A stretch of 35,721 nt of DNA from Actinomycetota bacterium (GTDB lineage Bacteria > Actinomycetota > Acidimicrobiia > IMCC26256 > BP-133). The stretch spans positions 1 through 35,721 of the forward strand of contig JAUZEX010000700.1 in the NCBI GenBank assembly GCA_030838815.1, read 5' to 3'. The translations under genes and the position numbers were made by a program. The notes beneath the pieces were generated by a model. The model was given only the letters and a program-made list of their open reading frames with translations. It made no database searches and was not told the origin of the DNA. Below, one piece after another: positions 1 through 8,238 of the stretch (its first letter is position 1; each line of letters opens with the position of its first letter).

Positions 1-1
1 C

Positions 2-160
2 GCCTTCGGCTCGGGGTTCTTCGATCTCGCTGTCCCAAACGCGTCCCCAGCCGAGTGCGTCCGAAGCCGAGCGGTTCGGTTCCCTGGCGACCACGGCGTT
101 TCGTGGCCCGGCGTCCTCTGGGTGGACTGGAAGGCACTCAGCGCACCCGGTGGAAGGTGA
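2..160 (+). CDS. Possible 3' end of an unidentified CDS entering from the left edge (partial)
   Basis: Frame 2 is open from the window edge to TGA at 158-160. Third codon positions are mostly G/C (AFGSGFFDLAVPNASPAECV...WVDWKALSAPGGR*). No family recognised. Absent from the ORF track because it has no start in the window. Confidence 0.25.
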   Translation, partial: AFGSGFFDLAVPNASPAECVRSRAVRFPGDHGVSWPGVLWVDWKALSAPGGR

Positions 161-224
161 ATCAAGAACGTACAGGTAACCCTTGCATGCCATACGCCTG
201 AATAGGAAGTGAGGCGCGCCTCTC

Positions 225-866
225 TCAGGCACCGGATCGGAGCAACAGAGCGAGGCATGACGCCAAGAGTGCCGGGGCGTCGTGATGGGAAGGGTCGAAC
301 CACTTGTAGTGCCAGCTGCTCATGCCAACGATGAGCTGGGTGGCGTGGGCGGGATCGACTGGGGGCAGAACGCCGGCCCGGATGGCATCCTGCACCACGA
401 GGCGGATCTCCTTCAGGTACCGGCGTTCCTTGGCCAGGATCTCGCTCTCGTAGCGTTCGTCGAGCAGCGGGCGGTCTTCGAAGAACACCTTGAACAGGCG
501 GGGCTCGGCCGCGATGGTCAGCATCTGGTTGGTCAGGAGGGCCACCAGGCGCTGGCCAGGATCCTCGATCTCCAGGTATTCCTCGATCTGGCTGAGGGCC
601 GTGGAGATTGCCCGGTCAAGGATGAGGTAGAGGAGGTGGGCCTTCGACGGGACGTAGTGGTAGAGGCTCGTCGGGCGCAGGTCGACGGCCTGGGCAACGT
701 CCTCGAGCGTCGCCGCGGCATAGCCGCGGACCCAGAACACGTCGATAGCAGCGTCGAGGATCTCGCCGAGCTTGGCGACGTATTCCTCGGATGGGGCCTC
801 GAGCCGGGGACGGCCGGGACGCCGCTTTACCGGCCGATCGCTCGCCTCCTCGGCCTGCTCGGCCAC
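225..866 (-). CDS. TetR/AcrR-family transcriptional regulator
   Basis: 213-aa ORF with an N-terminal HTH (ILDAAIDVFWVRGYAAATLEDVAQAVDLRPTSLYHYVPSKAHLL). GTG start preceded by AGGAG. Last gene of the minus-strand operon that starts at 4985. Confidence 0.85.
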   Translation of the reverse strand: MAEQAEEASDRPVKRRPGRPRLEAPSEEYVAKLGEILDAAIDVFWVRGYAAATLEDVAQAVDLRPTSLYHYVPSKAHLLYLILDRAISTALSQIEEYLEIEDPGQRLVALLTNQMLTIAAEPRLFKVFFEDRPLLDERYESEILAKERRYLKEIRLVVQDAIRAGVLPPVDPAHATQLIVGMSSWHYKWFDPSHHDAPALLASCLALLLRSGA

Positions 867-874
867 CGCAACTC

Positions 875-1081
875 CTATGAGACGACGAATTCCTCGGGGA
901 ACAGGTCCTCAGTATGACCGGTGTAGCCGAGCGCGATCTGCACATGGAGCTCCGCTAACCGCAGCGCGTGATCCACCGCTGGCGTCGGTTTCGTCCCCCG
1001 CTCCCGGCGCAGCAGCGATCGCAGGTTCAAAAGACGCTGGCGCTGGCCCTCGGTCTCGGCACCGAGGAGTTCGTCCGTCAT
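875..1081 (-). CDS. Hypothetical 68-aa protein, translationally coupled to the ligase gene
   Basis: ATGA start/stop overlap with the upstream ligase gene (1078-1081). Its TAG lies inside the TetR ribosome-binding site. Coding-like GC3. No family recognised. Confidence 0.45.
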   Translation of the reverse strand: MTDELLGAETEGQRQRLLNLRSLLRRERGTKPTPAVDHALRLAELHVQIALGYTGHTEDLFPEEFVVS

Positions 1082-2451
1082 GGCGTCATCCTCCCCAGGT
1101 CGAACTGCGGCCGCTCGTCGGCCGTGCGGTGGTCGAAGATCCTCTTCGTCTTGAGCTCGTAGCGGGGGAGTGAGGTGGGCGCGACCACCTCGGTGTCGAC
1201 CCGGACCCCGAGGCTCCCCCGGAGATGCTCGGCCAGCCGGCGGGCCACCTCGTTGGCCTCCCCCTCCGCCAGCCCGGCGGCAGCCTCGACCCGGACCAGC
1301 ATCTGATCCATGCCGCCCCGGCGGCTGATGTGAAGTTCGTAGTGTGTTGACAACCCGGAGACGCCCCCGAGAAGGTTCTCCACCGCCGTCGGGTAGACGT
1401 TGGTGCCCCTGATGGTCACCATGAAGTCACTGCGGCCGAGGACCACACCGGGGAGGTGGGCCCAGGTCCAGCCGCAGCCGTGGTCCGGGTGGTAGTTCCG
1501 GCGGACGAGGTCGTGGGTGCGGTACTTGATGAACGGCTGCGCGAAGTGGGTGTAGCTCGTCACGATGTTCTCTCCCACTGCGCCGTCGTCGAAGATGGGC
1601 CGGCCCGTCTCCGGATCGGCGGAATAGCCGTGGCACACGTCTTCGATGACATGGACGCCACCGCCCCATTCCCGGCAGGACTGGGCGACGTGCATTGTCT
1701 CGCCGATGCCGTACATATCGATGACGGCGGGGCCGCCCCAGGCATCGATCAGGCGTTGGCGGGTCATGGGGATCGAGTACCCCGGTTCGCCGCCCCCGCC
1801 GATGACCTTTACGCCGGCACCTCTGAGGTCGAGTCCGTTCTCTCCGGCGATGTCCACGAGGTGCAGAAGGTAGGTGGCCGTGCCGATCACGACCTTCGGG
1901 CGGTACTCCAAGATTTGGCGGACACGATCCAGGCTCGACAGCCCACCGCCCGAGAGGACCAGCAGGTTCATGTTCCGGGCACCCCAGTAGATGCTCCATA
2001 GCCCGATCCACATGCCCCAGTTGAAACAGAAGTAGACGGAGTCGCCGGGACGGATGTCGTGGTCCCAGAACGAGTAGCAGTACTGGGTGGCGCTCTTCTG
2101 CATCTCGAACTGGGTGAAGACCTCGTAGAGGTGCCGCCCGGTCGTACCGGTCGTGTGGAAGTGCTGCTGGAAGGTCTCGGGGGGCAGGGCGAGGCCGCCG
2201 TAGCGCGACAGGCTGCCCTCCTGGTCGGCCAGGTAGTCGCTCTTGTCGGTGATGGGTAACCGGTTGTAGTAGTCGTCCCAGGTGACGATGTCGGCCGGCT
2301 TCACCCCCGCCGCGTCGTAGAGGCGCCGGTACATCGGCGAGTGCTCGTAGGCCCACGCCACCAGGTGGCGGATCCGGCGCAGGTGGATCTCGTCGAGGGC
2401 CTCCCGGGACGCCGTCTGCGTCGGCTCGTTCCACCAGCGGCGGGCGGACAT
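1078..2451 (-). CDS. Phenylacetate-CoA ligase (PaaK)/F390-synthetase-family adenylate-forming enzyme, copy 1
   Basis: 457 aa. PaaK-like N-terminus (LDEIHLRRIRHLVAWAYEHSPMYRRLYDAAGVKPADI...LPITDKSDY), a TTGTTGR P-loop-like motif, and YGIGE and PRYELKTKRI C-terminal elements. Confidence 0.85.
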   Translation of the reverse strand: MSARRWWNEPTQTASREALDEIHLRRIRHLVAWAYEHSPMYRRLYDAAGVKPADIVTWDDYYNRLPITDKSDYLADQEGSLSRYGGLALPPETFQQHFHTTGTTGRHLYEVFTQFEMQKSATQYCYSFWDHDIRPGDSVYFCFNWGMWIGLWSIYWGARNMNLLVLSGGGLSSLDRVRQILEYRPKVVIGTATYLLHLVDIAGENGLDLRGAGVKVIGGGGEPGYSIPMTRQRLIDAWGGPAVIDMYGIGETMHVAQSCREWGGGVHVIEDVCHGYSADPETGRPIFDDGAVGENIVTSYTHFAQPFIKYRTHDLVRRNYHPDHGCGWTWAHLPGVVLGRSDFMVTIRGTNVYPTAVENLLGGVSGLSTHYELHISRRGGMDQMLVRVEAAAGLAEGEANEVARRLAEHLRGSLGVRVDTEVVAPTSLPRYELKTKRIFDHRTADERPQFDLGRMTP

Positions 2452-3242
2452 CAGCGGGCGGTGAACACCGGGGGGCGCTTCTCGAGGAAGGCCTGGCTGG
2501 CTTCTTTGTGGTCGTCCGTCGACTTGAGCACGCTCTGGCCGAGCCGCTCCAGTCGCCGTCCCGTTTCGGCGTCGACATCGGTGCAGCTGTTGAGCACCAG
2601 CTTGGCCATCCCCAGCGCCAGGGGAGCGACCCGTCCGAGTTCAGCGGCCAACTCGAGGGCCACTTCGACGGTCTTGCCCGCTGGCGCTATCTCGGTGGCC
2701 AGTCCCGTCGCCTTGGCGGTGGTGGCATCGAGGGGGCGTCCCAACATGACCATCTCCTTGGCCCGGCCGAGCCCGACGTGGCGAACGAGGCGGGAGCACC
2801 CACCGGACCCGGGAATGAGGCCCACCTTGGCCTCGGGCATCACCAGCCGGGCGTCCTCGCTCACCACCCGGAAGTCGCAGGACAGTGCCAGCTCGAGGCC
2901 TCCACCCGCGGCGACGCCGTTGATGGCGGCGATGACAGGGATCTCGATGTTCTCGATCAGGTCGAAGACCTCGTGGATCTGGCGGGCGATGGCCCGGAAC
3001 CCCCGGGTTCCGATCTCCGCCAGCCCCGCCATTCCGGAGACGTCCTCTCCGGCGGAGAAGGCGCGGCCCGCACCGGTGATGATGAGGACCCGTAGGCCGT
3101 TGTCGGTCGCCGCGCCCTCCACGGCGTCCCGGAGCTGCCGGCGCATGGGCGCGTGCCAGGCGTTGAGCTTGTCCGGACGGTTGAGGGTGAGGAGCCGAAT
3201 GCCGTCGCCCTGGTCCGTCTCGAGGACGAATCGCTCGCTCAT
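2451..3242 (-). CDS. Enoyl-CoA hydratase/isomerase (crotonase) family protein
   Basis: 263 aa with LTLNRPDKLNAW...VLIITGAGRAFSAGEDV...AAINGVAAGGGLELALSCD, the classic crotonase signature. TGATG overlap with the ligase start. Confidence 0.9.
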   Translation of the reverse strand: MSERFVLETDQGDGIRLLTLNRPDKLNAWHAPMRRQLRDAVEGAATDNGLRVLIITGAGRAFSAGEDVSGMAGLAEIGTRGFRAIARQIHEVFDLIENIEIPVIAAINGVAAGGGLELALSCDFRVVSEDARLVMPEAKVGLIPGSGGCSRLVRHVGLGRAKEMVMLGRPLDATTAKATGLATEIAPAGKTVEVALELAAELGRVAPLALGMAKLVLNSCTDVDAETGRRLERLGQSVLKSTDDHKEASQAFLEKRPPVFTAR

Positions 3243-3598
3243 CGGCCGGGCTCGTCCTCGCGGGTGATGACGACCCCGGTGGCCGCCACGGTGCCGTCGG
3301 CCTTGGTGACCGACACGCCGTAGTCGGCGCTCTCCACGGTGAGCTCGTCGCCGGGGAACACCGGCGCCCGCAACCGGACGTCGAGGTTGAGGAGGGCGTC
3401 GGCGCCGAGTTGGGCCACGAGGACGTCGGCGATCTTGGCCACGGTCAGGGGGCCGTGGACGACGGTGTCGGGAAGGCCGGCGGCCTTGGCGAAGTCGACG
3501 TCGAAGTGCATGGGATTGAAGTCCCCCACGGCTTCGGCGTAGTGCTGGACCTGCTCCCGGGTGATGGGCGGCAGCGTCGTCCGTGTGATGGCCCTCAT
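3239..3598 (-). CDS. MaoC-like (R)-specific enoyl-CoA hydratase, hotdog fold (C-type subunit)
   Basis: The internal ATG at 3598 gives MRAITRTTLPPITREQVQHYAEAVGDFNPMHFDVDFAKAAGLPDTVVHGPL, a MaoC dehydratase motif. ATGA overlaps on both sides. The longer track ORF (to 3766) adds an Arg/Pro/His-rich extension that overlaps the upstream gene, so I do not use it. Confidence 0.8.
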   Translation of the reverse strand: MRAITRTTLPPITREQVQHYAEAVGDFNPMHFDVDFAKAAGLPDTVVHGPLTVAKIADVLVAQLGADALLNLDVRLRAPVFPGDELTVESADYGVSVTKADGTVAATGVVITREDEPGR

Positions 3599-3984
3599 GC
3601 TTCCCCCCGTTCGATGAACATGGTCCGCTGCCGTTGGATGAGTTCCCCGTCCGCCCCCCGGAATTCGGCGATGACGGTGGCGAAGGCGGTGGAGTTCTTC
3701 TCGATCAGGTCGGCGATGACCACTTGGAGGTGCACCGTTTCGCCGGGCCGGAACGGGCGGTGCCACTCGAACGCCTGGCCGCCCTGGAGGGCCCGCCTGA
3801 GGTCGAGCCCGAGGGGCGCGATGACCGAGTCCATCCCCGCCGCGGTGGCGGCGAAGAAGGGGAGGAGGAGCGCTGTCTCCGCCGCGCTGTCCGTGCCGAG
3901 GGCGGCGGCCAGGTGCGCCAGCTTGGCTGGATCGACGACCAGGTCGGTGTCGACGACTTTTTGTCCCGCGACGTCGAGGTTCAT
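3595..3984 (-). CDS. Hotdog-fold protein, MaoC_dehydrat_N-like partner subunit
   Basis: 129 aa preceded by AAGGAG. Ends in the ...FATVIAEFRGADGELIQRQRTMFIERG pattern typical of the N-type half of heteromeric hotdog hydratases. ATGA-coupled to the MaoC gene. Confidence 0.7.
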   Translation of the reverse strand: MNLDVAGQKVVDTDLVVDPAKLAHLAAALGTDSAAETALLLPFFAATAAGMDSVIAPLGLDLRRALQGGQAFEWHRPFRPGETVHLQVVIADLIEKNSTAFATVIAEFRGADGELIQRQRTMFIERGEA

Positions 3985-3997
3985 GGGGATACTCCTT

Positions 3998-4258
3998 TCA
4001 ACCGGGGAGCACGGCGTTCCAGATCTGCATCAGCAGCTCTTCGGCCTGGGGGTCGGTGTGCCATCCGGGCGGCTTCTCGATCACGTACAGGCGCGGCTCG
4101 AGATGTCCGGGATTGGTCACGTCGAGAACGGTGATGGCCACGCTCCGTTCGCCTTCGGCGACCTGGAAGAACTCCCGGTGGTTCGGCGAGGTGACTTCGA
4201 GCAGAGCCACGCGATCGTGGGGCCGGGTGAGCGCCAGCGTGAACCCGACCAGGTCCAC
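3998..4258 (-). CDS. Hypothetical 86-aa protein
   Basis: GTG start 4 nt after the TAA of the PaaA-like gene. Strong GC3 bias. No recognisable motif, and not PaaB-like by eye. Confidence 0.5.
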   Translation of the reverse strand: MDLVGFTLALTRPHDRVALLEVTSPNHREFFQVAEGERSVAITVLDVTNPGHLEPRLYVIEKPPGWHTDPQAEELLMQIWNAVLPG

Positions 4259-4262
4259 GGCG

Positions 4263-4985
4263 TTACAGGAAGCGCCGGTTCAAACGGTCTTCCGGGACGT
4301 CGATGCCCAGCTCATCCAGGAGCGGCCGGGTGTCGGCGATGTACTGCCGGCGGAGCTCGGCGTTGTTCTTCTGGCGGAGCCCCCATTCGACATAGGCGTC
4401 GGAAGAGGTCGAGTCGGAGCGGCCGAACATGTCGAGTGCCGCCGGCCACCACGTCTTGATCTTCTCGTTGGCCTCGGCCCGGCCCTCGGGTGTCGAGCAG
4501 ACGAGGCGCAGGTTTCGCATGCCCAGCGTGGAGTGGAACACCTCGTCCTTGTGGAGCTTCGGCGCCACCTTGGCCATCGGCTCGTAGGGCACGGTCTCCC
4601 ACGTCTCGCCGATGTAGACACCGACCCGGTCGCAGAGCCCGTGGAAATAGGCCAGATCGCAGAAGGTGTCCAACGGGATGCGGAAGGCGTACTGCTGGAT
4701 CGGCTCGTTCACCGGCGGAGCCCCGAGCCCTTCCAGGAGACGGGCGGTGATGGCCCCGTGCTCCACCTCCTGCTGCATCAGGCGGGCCAGCGCCACCTTC
4801 ACCTGGTCGTCGGTGGGCAGCCGCATGCAGCGGTCCCACAGGTAGATGATCAGATCGTTGTAGTACGGGTTGGCCGAGTTCTCGAGGTGGTGCGAGAGCA
4901 TCTGCACGAGGAGGTGGTGGAGTTCCTCGGGCATGTCGGGGTCGTTCTCCCGATACATCCTCCGGGCCGGGGCGGCGAGGCTCAT
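4263..4985 (-). CDS. PaaA/PaaC-family ferritin-like diiron protein, paralog 1
   Basis: Start moved to ATG 4985 (MSLAAPARR...), which has AGGAGG 4 nt upstream. Two EXXH motifs are present (QEVEHG, KDEVFH). PaaA-type C-terminus (WWPAALDMFGRS...LRRQYIADTRPLLDELGIDVP). Confidence 0.85.
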   Translation of the reverse strand: MSLAAPARRMYRENDPDMPEELHHLLVQMLSHHLENSANPYYNDLIIYLWDRCMRLPTDDQVKVALARLMQQEVEHGAITARLLEGLGAPPVNEPIQQYAFRIPLDTFCDLAYFHGLCDRVGVYIGETWETVPYEPMAKVAPKLHKDEVFHSTLGMRNLRLVCSTPEGRAEANEKIKTWWPAALDMFGRSDSTSSDAYVEWGLRQKNNAELRRQYIADTRPLLDELGIDVPEDRLNRRFL

Positions 4986-5026
4986 CAAACCTCCTATTTG
5001 GTTCCTTCGAGGCATTGTTCGAAATA

Positions 5027-5055
5027 AATATAGGAAAGCGCTCCGTCGCGGTCAA
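5027..5055 (-). promoter_or_regulatory. Candidate sigma70-type promoter for the minus-strand operon
   Basis: Read on the minus strand: TTGACC (5055-5050), a 17-nt spacer, then TATATT (5032-5027). It sits upstream of AGGAGG and ATG 4985, inside the only AT-rich patch of this intergenic region. Confidence 0.55.
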
Positions 5056-5060
5056 CACCC

Positions 5061-5089
5061 TTGTCTCCTTACTAACGGTACAGTAAGCT
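5061..5089 (+). promoter_or_regulatory. Candidate promoter for the plus-strand operon starting at 5125
   Basis: TTGTCT (5061-5066), a 17-nt spacer, then TAAGCT (5084-5089, TANNNT type). GGAGG lies at 5111-5115 before ATG 5125. Confidence 0.4.
5068..5087. promoter_or_regulatory. Operator-like dyad A: CTTACT-N8-AGTAAG
   Basis: CTTACTAACGGTACAGTAAG has perfect 6-bp arms. It fills the spacer and -10 of the candidate plus-strand promoter, between divergent PaaA-like genes. Confidence 0.55.
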
Positions 5090-5124
5090 GACAACCGAAA
5101 GCCCGGTCTCCAGGAGGTGCTCCC

Positions 5125-5913
5125 ATGCCGATGTCGCCCGTCAGGCTCAGGGACGATGTCCCCGAGGACGTCAAGATCTCCGCCGAGGAGATCCACGCCG
5201 GAAGAGACGTCGACGCGGAGGAGCTCCGGCACACCCCCCGGGAGTACCAGGAGCTCGTCGTCAACATCCTCGGCGGCCACGCCGCCGGCGAAGCCTTCGT
5301 GCTCAACGACAACGTCTATGCCCACTGGGCCGCCGATGCTCCGACGACGGAGGACCGGTTCATGGTGCTCCGCACGATCGAAGAGGAGCTCATGCACGCC
5401 CGGGAGGCGTTCCGCATGCTGCGCCAGATCGACGAGCTCGTCGTCTACGACGAGCTCGTGCCCTATGCCCTGGCCACGTTGGAGGGCTTCCAACACCCCG
5501 TTTCCGAATGGGCGGAGCACGCCGCCCTGTGCGCTCTGACCGACCGCGTCGGAACCTTCCAGCAGGAAGAGCAGCTTGATTGCTCCTACCTTCCCTACGC
5601 CGAGTCCATCCGGACCGCCTTCTTCCCGTACGAGAAGGGGCACGCCGCCCGCGGCCGCTACTGGCTGCGCCGCCTGTGCGAGACCGACGAAGGCCGGGAA
5701 CAGGCCCAGCGAGCAGTGGACGTCTGGTGGCCGCGGTCGCTCGACATGTTCGGCAAGTCGAACACCGCCCGGCAGCACCGCTTCGTGTACTACCGCTTGA
5801 AGAAGCGGACCAACGAGGAGCGCCGCCAGTCGTTCATCTCGATCGTGGGCCCCGAGCTCGAGTCCCTGGGACTGACCGTTCCCGACGAGATGGTCGGTAG
5901 GAAGATCGCCTGA
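5125..5913 (+). CDS. PaaA/PaaC-family ferritin-like diiron protein, paralog 2
   Basis: 262 aa with EXXH motifs (EEELMH, YEKGH). PaaA-type C-terminus (WWPRSLDMFGKS...ERRQSFISIVGPELESLGLTVP). Confidence 0.85.
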   Translation: MPMSPVRLRDDVPEDVKISAEEIHAGRDVDAEELRHTPREYQELVVNILGGHAAGEAFVLNDNVYAHWAADAPTTEDRFMVLRTIEEELMHAREAFRMLRQIDELVVYDELVPYALATLEGFQHPVSEWAEHAALCALTDRVGTFQQEEQLDCSYLPYAESIRTAFFPYEKGHAARGRYWLRRLCETDEGREQAQRAVDVWWPRSLDMFGKSNTARQHRFVYYRLKKRTNEERRQSFISIVGPELESLGLTVPDEMVGRKIA

Positions 5914-5918
5914 TCGGC

Positions 5919-6683
5919 GTGCCTGTGGAACCGAACCTGGTGCGGCGTCCGGTCCACGTCACGCGATCGGGCGCCTGGATGGCGGACTGGTCCTGCTTCG
6001 TCGACGAACCCGACTACCACGATCCCGAGGTGGCGGAGGCGGACGGGTACCGGAACATCCCGCTCCCTCCGGGGGCGCTGTCGCTCATTGCCGTCGCCAC
6101 CGAGGCGCTCGACGTCCTCCCCGCCGACGGGCCGCTCCGCCGGTCCTGGCGGTCCACCCGCCCGGTCGTGGTGGGGGAGCGCCTCTACCTCACCGTGGTC
6201 CAGCAGGACGGTTCTGTCAGCGGCGAGTTCTCCACCGCGGCCGGCGAGCTGGTGGCCTGGGAGACATTGTCGGTCGCCGAGGATCCGTCCCCGGTCGAGC
6301 GGGGTGCGCCGGTGTTCGCCACCGGGGTCATCGACGCCACCCGCCGCCGGGCGTTGGCCTGGAGCGTCTCGCAGCTCCGGCCCGACGGCTCCTGGCGGTG
6401 GGGAGCAGAGCCGGCGGCAGTGGCCGATCTCTGCTGGCGTCTCATCGCTCCGGGGCTGGTCGCCGCCCGGGCGGCGGTGACCGGTGCGGACGCCGCCCGC
6501 CGGATCCGGAAGATCGAGGTCTCGGCCAACGGCTCCCTCGACGCCGGCTCCGCCCTCGTGGCCGAGTCGCTCTTCCGGGCTCCCGGCCGCACGGACCTGA
6601 GCATCGTCGTCGGCGATCACCTCTTCGCCCGGGCGACCGTCATGGACAGCGAGCCAGACCAACAAGGGGCAAAGGGGGCCTGA
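5919..6683 (+). CDS. Hotdog-fold (MaoC-like) protein, possibly double hotdog
   Basis: 254 aa with a GTG start. The N-terminal part has a MaoC-like segment (HDPEVAEADGYRNIPLPPGALSLI). The C-terminal half was not recognised. Tightly packed between neighbouring genes. Confidence 0.5.
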   Translation: MPVEPNLVRRPVHVTRSGAWMADWSCFVDEPDYHDPEVAEADGYRNIPLPPGALSLIAVATEALDVLPADGPLRRSWRSTRPVVVGERLYLTVVQQDGSVSGEFSTAAGELVAWETLSVAEDPSPVERGAPVFATGVIDATRRRALAWSVSQLRPDGSWRWGAEPAAVADLCWRLIAPGLVAARAAVTGADAARRIRKIEVSANGSLDAGSALVAESLFRAPGRTDLSIVVGDHLFARATVMDSEPDQQGAKGA

Positions 6684-6684
6684 C

Positions 6685-7827
6685 ATGGAGTCAGTCGTGG
6701 TGGCCGGTGTGGGGATGACCGACTTCGGGAGGTTCCCGGGTCGCACACCCGCATCGATGGTGCAAGAGGCGGCCCGCGCCGCGTTGGCCGACGCCGGCGT
6801 CGCGCCCAAGGAAGTCGAGGGCGCCTTCTGCGGCACGGTCTTCGGCGGGCCAGGGGCCGGTCAGCGGGCCTTGAAGGACCTCGGCCTGGTGGGACTGCCG
6901 ATCGTGAACGTCGAGAATGCCTGTGCCAGTTCCAGCACCGCCGTCTTCGAGGGCGTCGCCTGGGTCCGGGCCGGGTTGGCCGAAGTCGTGCTCTGCGTGG
7001 GCGTCGAATCCATGAGCGGTATTGCCGGAGCGCTCGGCCCCGATGAAGCCGATCTCTTCGGCTCCATGGGTGTCGTCTGGCCCGCGGTGTACGGCCTCAA
7101 GGCCCGCCGGCACATGACGGAATACGGGACGACGCCCGAGCAGCTGGCGCTGGTGGCGGTGAAGAACCGCCGCCATGCCGCCCAGAACCCCAAGGCCCAG
7201 TTCCAGAAGCTCGTCACGGTCGAGGAGGTCCTGGCCAGCCGGCCGGTCTGCGACCCGCTCACCCTCCTCCAGTGCTGCCCTCCCTCCGACGGCGCCTCCG
7301 CCATCGTGCTCATGTCGGAGGCGCAGGCCCGGCGGCTCGGAGCGAACGGCCGGCCGACGGTCCGCATTGCCGGTTCGGCCATGCGCTCCGGCGTCTTCGC
7401 CGACCAGGCCCAGATGGGAGAGAGCATCACGGCGCTCACGGCCCGCCAGGCCTACGAACGCGCCGGCGTAGGCCCGGCCGACGTCGACACCTGCGAGATG
7501 CACGACGCTTTCACCGTGGGCGAGATCCTGCACTACGAAGCCCTCGGGTTCTGCAAGCCGGGTGAGGGGGGCCGCTACGTCGAGACCGGTAAGTCGGCGA
7601 TCGGTGGCGGAGGAGTGGCGGTCAACCCCGGCGGCGGGCTGCTCTCCCGGGGGCATCCCCTCGGCGCCACCGGCGGTGCCCAGCTGGCGGAGCTCACCTG
7701 GCAGTTGCGGGGTGAAGCCGGCGGGCGGCAGGTCGAAGGAGCCCGGGTGGCGCTGGCCCACACCATGGGCGGGACGGTCTACGAGCTCGAATCGAACGTG
7801 TGCGCCGTCCACGTCCTCACGGTTTAG
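6685..7827 (+). CDS. SCPx/nonspecific lipid-transfer-type thiolase
   Basis: 380 aa with VVVAGVGMTDFGR, the nucleophile motif VENACASSSTA, and GGLLSRGHPLGATGGAQ. It is followed by a DUF35 gene, as is typical for this thiolase clade. Confidence 0.9.
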   Translation: MESVVVAGVGMTDFGRFPGRTPASMVQEAARAALADAGVAPKEVEGAFCGTVFGGPGAGQRALKDLGLVGLPIVNVENACASSSTAVFEGVAWVRAGLAEVVLCVGVESMSGIAGALGPDEADLFGSMGVVWPAVYGLKARRHMTEYGTTPEQLALVAVKNRRHAAQNPKAQFQKLVTVEEVLASRPVCDPLTLLQCCPPSDGASAIVLMSEAQARRLGANGRPTVRIAGSAMRSGVFADQAQMGESITALTARQAYERAGVGPADVDTCEMHDAFTVGEILHYEALGFCKPGEGGRYVETGKSAIGGGGVAVNPGGGLLSRGHPLGATGGAQLAELTWQLRGEAGGRQVEGARVALAHTMGGTVYELESNVCAVHVLTV

Positions 7828-7835
7828 GAGGTCAT

Positions 7836-8237
7836 GTGAGCAGAACCGTCGTTCCCGCCGACGTCTTCGATCCGGAGGCCGGCCTTCTGTTCGGATCCCG
7901 ATGTGCGACCTGCGGGGCGGTTCACTTCCCGCCCATCAATGGTTGCCCCGACTGCTTCGCGGCGAGCACCGATCGGATACCGCTCTCGCCGACGGGCCGC
8001 GTCCGTTCGTACACGGTCGTGAATCTCGGGTTCGCCGGGTTCCCCAAGGGGTACCCGCTCGTCGAGGTGGAGCTGCCGGAGGGGATCGTGGTGCTCGGCC
8101 AGCTGGCCGGGGTCCACGACCCCGGCCTGCTCTACAGCGGCATGGTGGTCAAGGTCGAGGCTGGGCCCGTCCGGGTGGCCGAGGACGGCGAGGCGATGGA
8201 CGGCTACCGGTTCGCCCCCGTCGCCGGGGAGGGCTGA
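7836..8237 (+). CDS. DUF35 Zn-ribbon/OB-fold protein (thiolase partner)
   Basis: GTG 7836 with AGGAGG at 7826-7831. Zinc ribbon CATCG-x10-CPDC, followed by an OB-fold-like segment (GRVRSYTVVN...PLVEVELPEGIVVLGQL). Confidence 0.85.
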   Translation: MSRTVVPADVFDPEAGLLFGSRCATCGAVHFPPINGCPDCFAASTDRIPLSPTGRVRSYTVVNLGFAGFPKGYPLVEVELPEGIVVLGQLAGVHDPGLLYSGMVVKVEAGPVRVAEDGEAMDGYRFAPVAGEG

Positions 8238-8238
8238 A

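Noticed and set aside
211-222. GAGGCGCGCCTC palindrome just downstream of the TetR stop as a rho-independent terminator
   Set aside because: A 12-bp perfect palindrome with no loop and no T-tract is not a convincing intrinsic terminator. It could be incidental in GC-rich DNA.
3998-4258. Calling the 86-aa ORF downstream of PaaA-like paralog 1 a PaaB subunit
   Set aside because: I see no resemblance to the PaaB sequence pattern I know. Position alone is not enough, so it is kept as hypothetical.
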